From positions 10,516-74,515 of the IMG/VR virus record IMGVR_UViG_3300017963_000254: a stretch of DNA of 64,000 nucleotides; one strand, written 5' to 3'. The stretch's first letter is position 1; the number at the start of each line of letters is the position of its first letter. This DNA is from a virus. Shown piece after piece: positions 61,674 through 64,000 of the stretch. The notes under the pieces are model-generated. The model made no database searches, was not told where the DNA came from, and was given only the letters and a program-made list of their open reading frames with translations. The translations under genes were made by a program, and so were the position numbers.

Positions 61674-61933
61674 GCCTCGACCTCGTCCTTCCGCCTCCGG
61701 CCGGCCTCGGTCAGCCGGTAGCCCCACGCGCTCCCGATCCGCTTGCCCTGGTGCATACGGCCCTCGCACCACCGGACCTCGGCCAGACAGCGCCGCACGA
61801 GCGCGCGGGCGCTGCGGCCGTCGGCGTCGCAGTCGAAGTAGAGGTGCGAGAGCGCTCGCAGGGCTCGTCGCTGGGCGCTGTTCAGCTCGGCGCAGGTGGC
61901 GACCCCCTCGACGGTATCGATCGTGTAGCTCAT
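61670..61933 (-). CDS. Small winged-helix-like protein
   Basis: 'RSARALVRRCLAE...YRLTEAGR'; GAGGAG SD. Confidence 0.55.
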   Translation of the reverse strand: MSYTIDTVEGVATCAELNSAQRRALRALSHLYFDCDADGRSARALVRRCLAEVRWCEGRMHQGKRIGSAWGYRLTEAGRRRKDEVEA

Positions 61934-62043
61934 TGCGTCTCCTCTCTGCCCCTCTCAACAACCTCGCTTTCCGTTCTCACACGGTTTCCGTAGTCGGTCA
62001 CTACTAAAGGACTTATGTGGCGGATGGGGTGCCGGAACTCCAT
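61930..62043 (-). CDS. 37-aa leaderless micro-ORF (not in the ORF track)
   Basis: TAGAAC-N6-ATG; MEFRHPIRHISPLVVTDYGNRVRTESEVVERGREETQ; ATGA overlap with the next gene. Confidence 0.45.
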   Translation of the reverse strand: MEFRHPIRHISPLVVTDYGNRVRTESEVVERGREETQ

Positions 62044-62052
62044 ACCCTGGTT

Positions 62053-62574
62053 CTACCCAGGATCGGCCAGCTCCCCGAGGTGTTCGACGGCGCTCAGCAG
62101 GTCGATCTCGCCGGGCTGCTCGCGGCCATCCGAGAGGCGGTCGGCCGTGTTGTTCCAGCGCGTGAAGTCGGAGTTGTCGCGCTGATGCTCCGACGACAGA
62201 ATCGCATCGCGGCCCGGACCCAGGCGTCGTCGAGCGCGCGCTGTCTTGCCCTTCTCGGACTGCTCGTATCGCTGCTGCGCAGCGCGCCTCGTCTCTGGGT
62301 TGTTCGCCGCCCACTCGCGTTTGGCTGCGTTGAGCTGCTCCGCGTTCGTCTCACGGTAAGCTGCCGCAGCCGCTTTGCCCTTGTCCGACTGATCGTATCG
62401 ACGGCAGTGCTCGCGTCTCTTCTCTCGGTTCTGCCGTTGCCATTCGGCGCTCTTGGCCTTGATGCACTCCACGCACGGTCGTTGGAGTTTGCCGTTTCGC
62501 CGCGTGTAGTGCTTCCCGATTTTCCCGCAGGTATTACAGCGCTTGCGGACCTTCGGTCGGGCGGCCTGTGGCAT
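62053..62574 (-). pseudogene. Homing-endonuclease-like N-terminal remnant fused to a former RNase H C-terminus
   Basis: CNTC...CVEC plus 'REW..NP' repeats, no nuclease motif; tail HQRDNSDFTRWNNTADRLS mirrors the RNase H end. Confidence 0.55.
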
Positions 62575-63088
62575 TCAACTGCTCCTCCAGATGAAACTCT
62601 GTCTGGAGCGATGCTAGGCGGTCCGCTTCGTGGTTCCAATAGGAAAAATCGGATTCGTCTGGATCTTGGTGTCCCGCGTGGTGGACGAACGAGAGGAGCA
62701 GGTCGCGGTCCTCGGCGATGGCCATCGCGTGTTCGATCTTGCCGCGCACCAGCTGATCCTTGATCTTCCAGTTGCCAGTCATCCAGGCGGCGATCCCCAG
62801 GTAGTCGGAGACGACGATGACCTCGCTGCCGCGCGGCGCGTGCTCGAGGCCGAGCAAGAGTCCGTCCAGCTCGGCGCCGACGTTCCTCGTGCTGGTGGGC
62901 TCGCTGAAGCCGGCGTACTTCTTCGCGCAGGCGCGGGTGACGACCACGGCCCCGAAGCCTCCCTTCGAGCTGCCATCGGTGAAGACGTAGACCTTGTTGG
63001 CCAGGCAGCGGCGGTCCTCCAGCAGGGAGACCCACTTCGCTTGATGGGGGACGCGGACGGTACCGGGGTTCGTGGAGTAGACGCTCAT
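62534..63088 (-). CDS. Ribonuclease HI-like protein
   Basis: VFTDGSS, N..AELDG, VSDY and HQ...WNHEADRLA catalytic pattern. Confidence 0.82.
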   Translation of the reverse strand: MSVYSTNPGTVRVPHQAKWVSLLEDRRCLANKVYVFTDGSSKGGFGAVVVTRACAKKYAGFSEPTSTRNVGAELDGLLLGLEHAPRGSEVIVVSDYLGIAAWMTGNWKIKDQLVRGKIEHAMAIAEDRDLLLSFVHHAGHQDPDESDFSYWNHEADRLASLQTEFHLEEQLNATGRPTEGPQAL

Positions 63089-63117
63089 GGAGCTGTTCTA
63101 CCCCAGGTCGGCGACAT

Positions 63118-63531
63118 CTAGGGTTGTCGGGGCTGCCCGGGGTCGCCTATGTCGGCGAGCAGCCCCACCAGAGCCGCCTCGGGGTCAAGATCCTCGAGCG
63201 CGGCGGCATCTCCCCGAGATGCAAACAAGCCCGACCAGTTTCCCGATCGGGCTGCATCTAGGATCCGAACGGCCTTCGGGTCCGGGCTCGGACCTCGCGT
63301 CGCCTTCACGAGCGCGACGACCCTGGAGAACGCCCAGGGATGGCGCGCCAGCTGGCGCTCGATCACGATGCGCTCGTGGCTACTGACTACGCCAGCGGCA
63401 TAGCGACAGAGCCCGTACACATCGACGCCCGACTCCAGGGCGAAGTCGGGCGTCGTTCTCGCGAGGTTGGCCTCGGTCAGCAGATCAGCGAACAACGTCT
63501 GGCCGGGGCGCTTGGGATTGACGGGGGGCAT
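63118..63531 (-). CDS. Hypothetical protein
   Basis: GAGGA SD; upstream GGGTAGAC. Confidence 0.55.
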   Translation of the reverse strand: MPPVNPKRPGQTLFADLLTEANLARTTPDFALESGVDVYGLCRYAAGVVSSHERIVIERQLARHPWAFSRVVALVKATRGPSPDPKAVRILDAARSGNWSGLFASRGDAAALEDLDPEAALVGLLADIGDPGQPRQP

Positions 63532-63587
63532 GTCTTCCTCTCGTGAGTTGTGGTCTACCCCCTAGACCCCGGGAAGCGCCCCTCCTG

Positions 63588-63827
63588 TCAGTTCGATTGC
63601 GCGTAGAGCAGCCACAACTCGTTTGTCCACCGACGCATCTTGAGCACCGCTGGATGCTGCCCATCCGGGCGAGCGCGGTACATGGCCCAGGTCTCGGCCG
63701 CGATCTCCGGCGTCACCGGCTCGTGGAAAGCCGGAACCAGCTCGTGCCAGATCCAGGCGAGGAGCATGACGTGCTCCTCCTTCACGTCCGGGAGTGACCA
63801 GGCCACGGTGCTCACGCCTCTCTCCAT
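63588..63827 (-). CDS. Hypothetical protein
   Basis: Probable GTG start at 63815 coupled to the upstream ORF. Confidence 0.5.
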   Translation of the reverse strand: MERGVSTVAWSLPDVKEEHVMLLAWIWHELVPAFHEPVTPEIAAETWAMYRARPDGQHPAVLKMRRWTNELWLLYAQSN

Positions 63828-63970
63828 CTCTGATTGGGCTCGCCCCAGCCGGGGCCGCGCCTGATGGTGGTGAAGTAGGGCCAGTCGGGCATGAGATCGG
63901 CGACGATGCGCACGTCGATCTCTCGTCGCAGGTCAGCGCTGGCCGCTTCGATCAGGTCGCGATCGAACAT
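63812..63970 (-). CDS. 52-aa hypothetical protein (not in the ORF track)
   Basis: MFDRDLIEAASADLRREIDVRIVADLMPDW...; TAGATG and GTGA overlaps with its neighbours. Confidence 0.45.
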   Translation of the reverse strand: MFDRDLIEAASADLRREIDVRIVADLMPDWPYFTTIRRGPGWGEPNQRWREA

Positions 63971-64000
63971 CTACTGACCGATCTGCACGACGGCAATCCC

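Noticed and set aside
2325-63178. SAVDxLA motif as a DNA repeat or MITE inserted in frame
   Set aside because: Nucleotide sequences differ at synonymous positions, and there are no shared inverted repeats or target-site duplications.
1-64000. Alternative genetic code (TAG or TGA reassigned) to explain the TerL stop and the 39.5-kb open frame
   Set aside because: Many genes end cleanly at TGA (ATGA/GTGA overlaps) and at TAG, and long genes have no internal stops. Reading through the TerL TGA would not restore the frame, because the insert is 16 nt.
1-64000. tRNA/rRNA genes, reverse transcriptase/DGR, integrase or IS elements
   Set aside because: None recognised by eye. Intergenic gaps are short and show no cloverleaf; tRNAscan-SE and Infernal would be needed to exclude them formally.

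Overview
A 64-kb, GC-rich (roughly two-thirds G+C by eye) segment of a large tailed-phage genome. No host housekeeping operons, rRNA, tRNA or CRISPR array were seen. Layout: (1) 1-17.2 kb, + strand DNA metabolism and transcription genes: ParB-fused DNA methyltransferase, SLOG/YpsA-like protein, SF2 helicase, RecA, PD-(D/E)XK nucleases, RuvC-like resolvase, family-4 UDG, two sigma-like proteins. (2) 17.2-21 kb, terminase small and large subunits. The large subunit carries an HNH-type intein, and its Walker A motif (TGAIGWG|K) is broken by a 16-nt stop-containing insert. (3) 21-39.5 kb, a 2086-aa protein with a HipA/PI3K-like kinase domain and a block of probable head-internal proteins that share 'MSLYDRVLxE'-type leaders and many L-x-E sites. 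(4) 39.6-46.5 kb, dNMP kinase and a class II ribonucleotide reductase with two LAGLIDADG inteins. (5) 46.5-64 kb, mostly minus-strand small accessory genes (RNAP alpha-CTD-like, DenV-like, WGR, RNase H) around a second + strand block of leader-bearing proteins. Most striking unexplained signals: a ~10-residue motif S-A-[VI]-D-x-L-[AG]-x-[LI] in about 17 otherwise unrelated proteins; a candidate capsid-targeting leader plus protease-processing code; the interrupted terminase P-loop; two endonuclease insertions that supply recoded replacement ends for the genes they invaded; and a GGTAGAAC-N6-ATG motif that looks like a leaderless promoter. All functional calls come from motif recognition by eye; no database searches were run.
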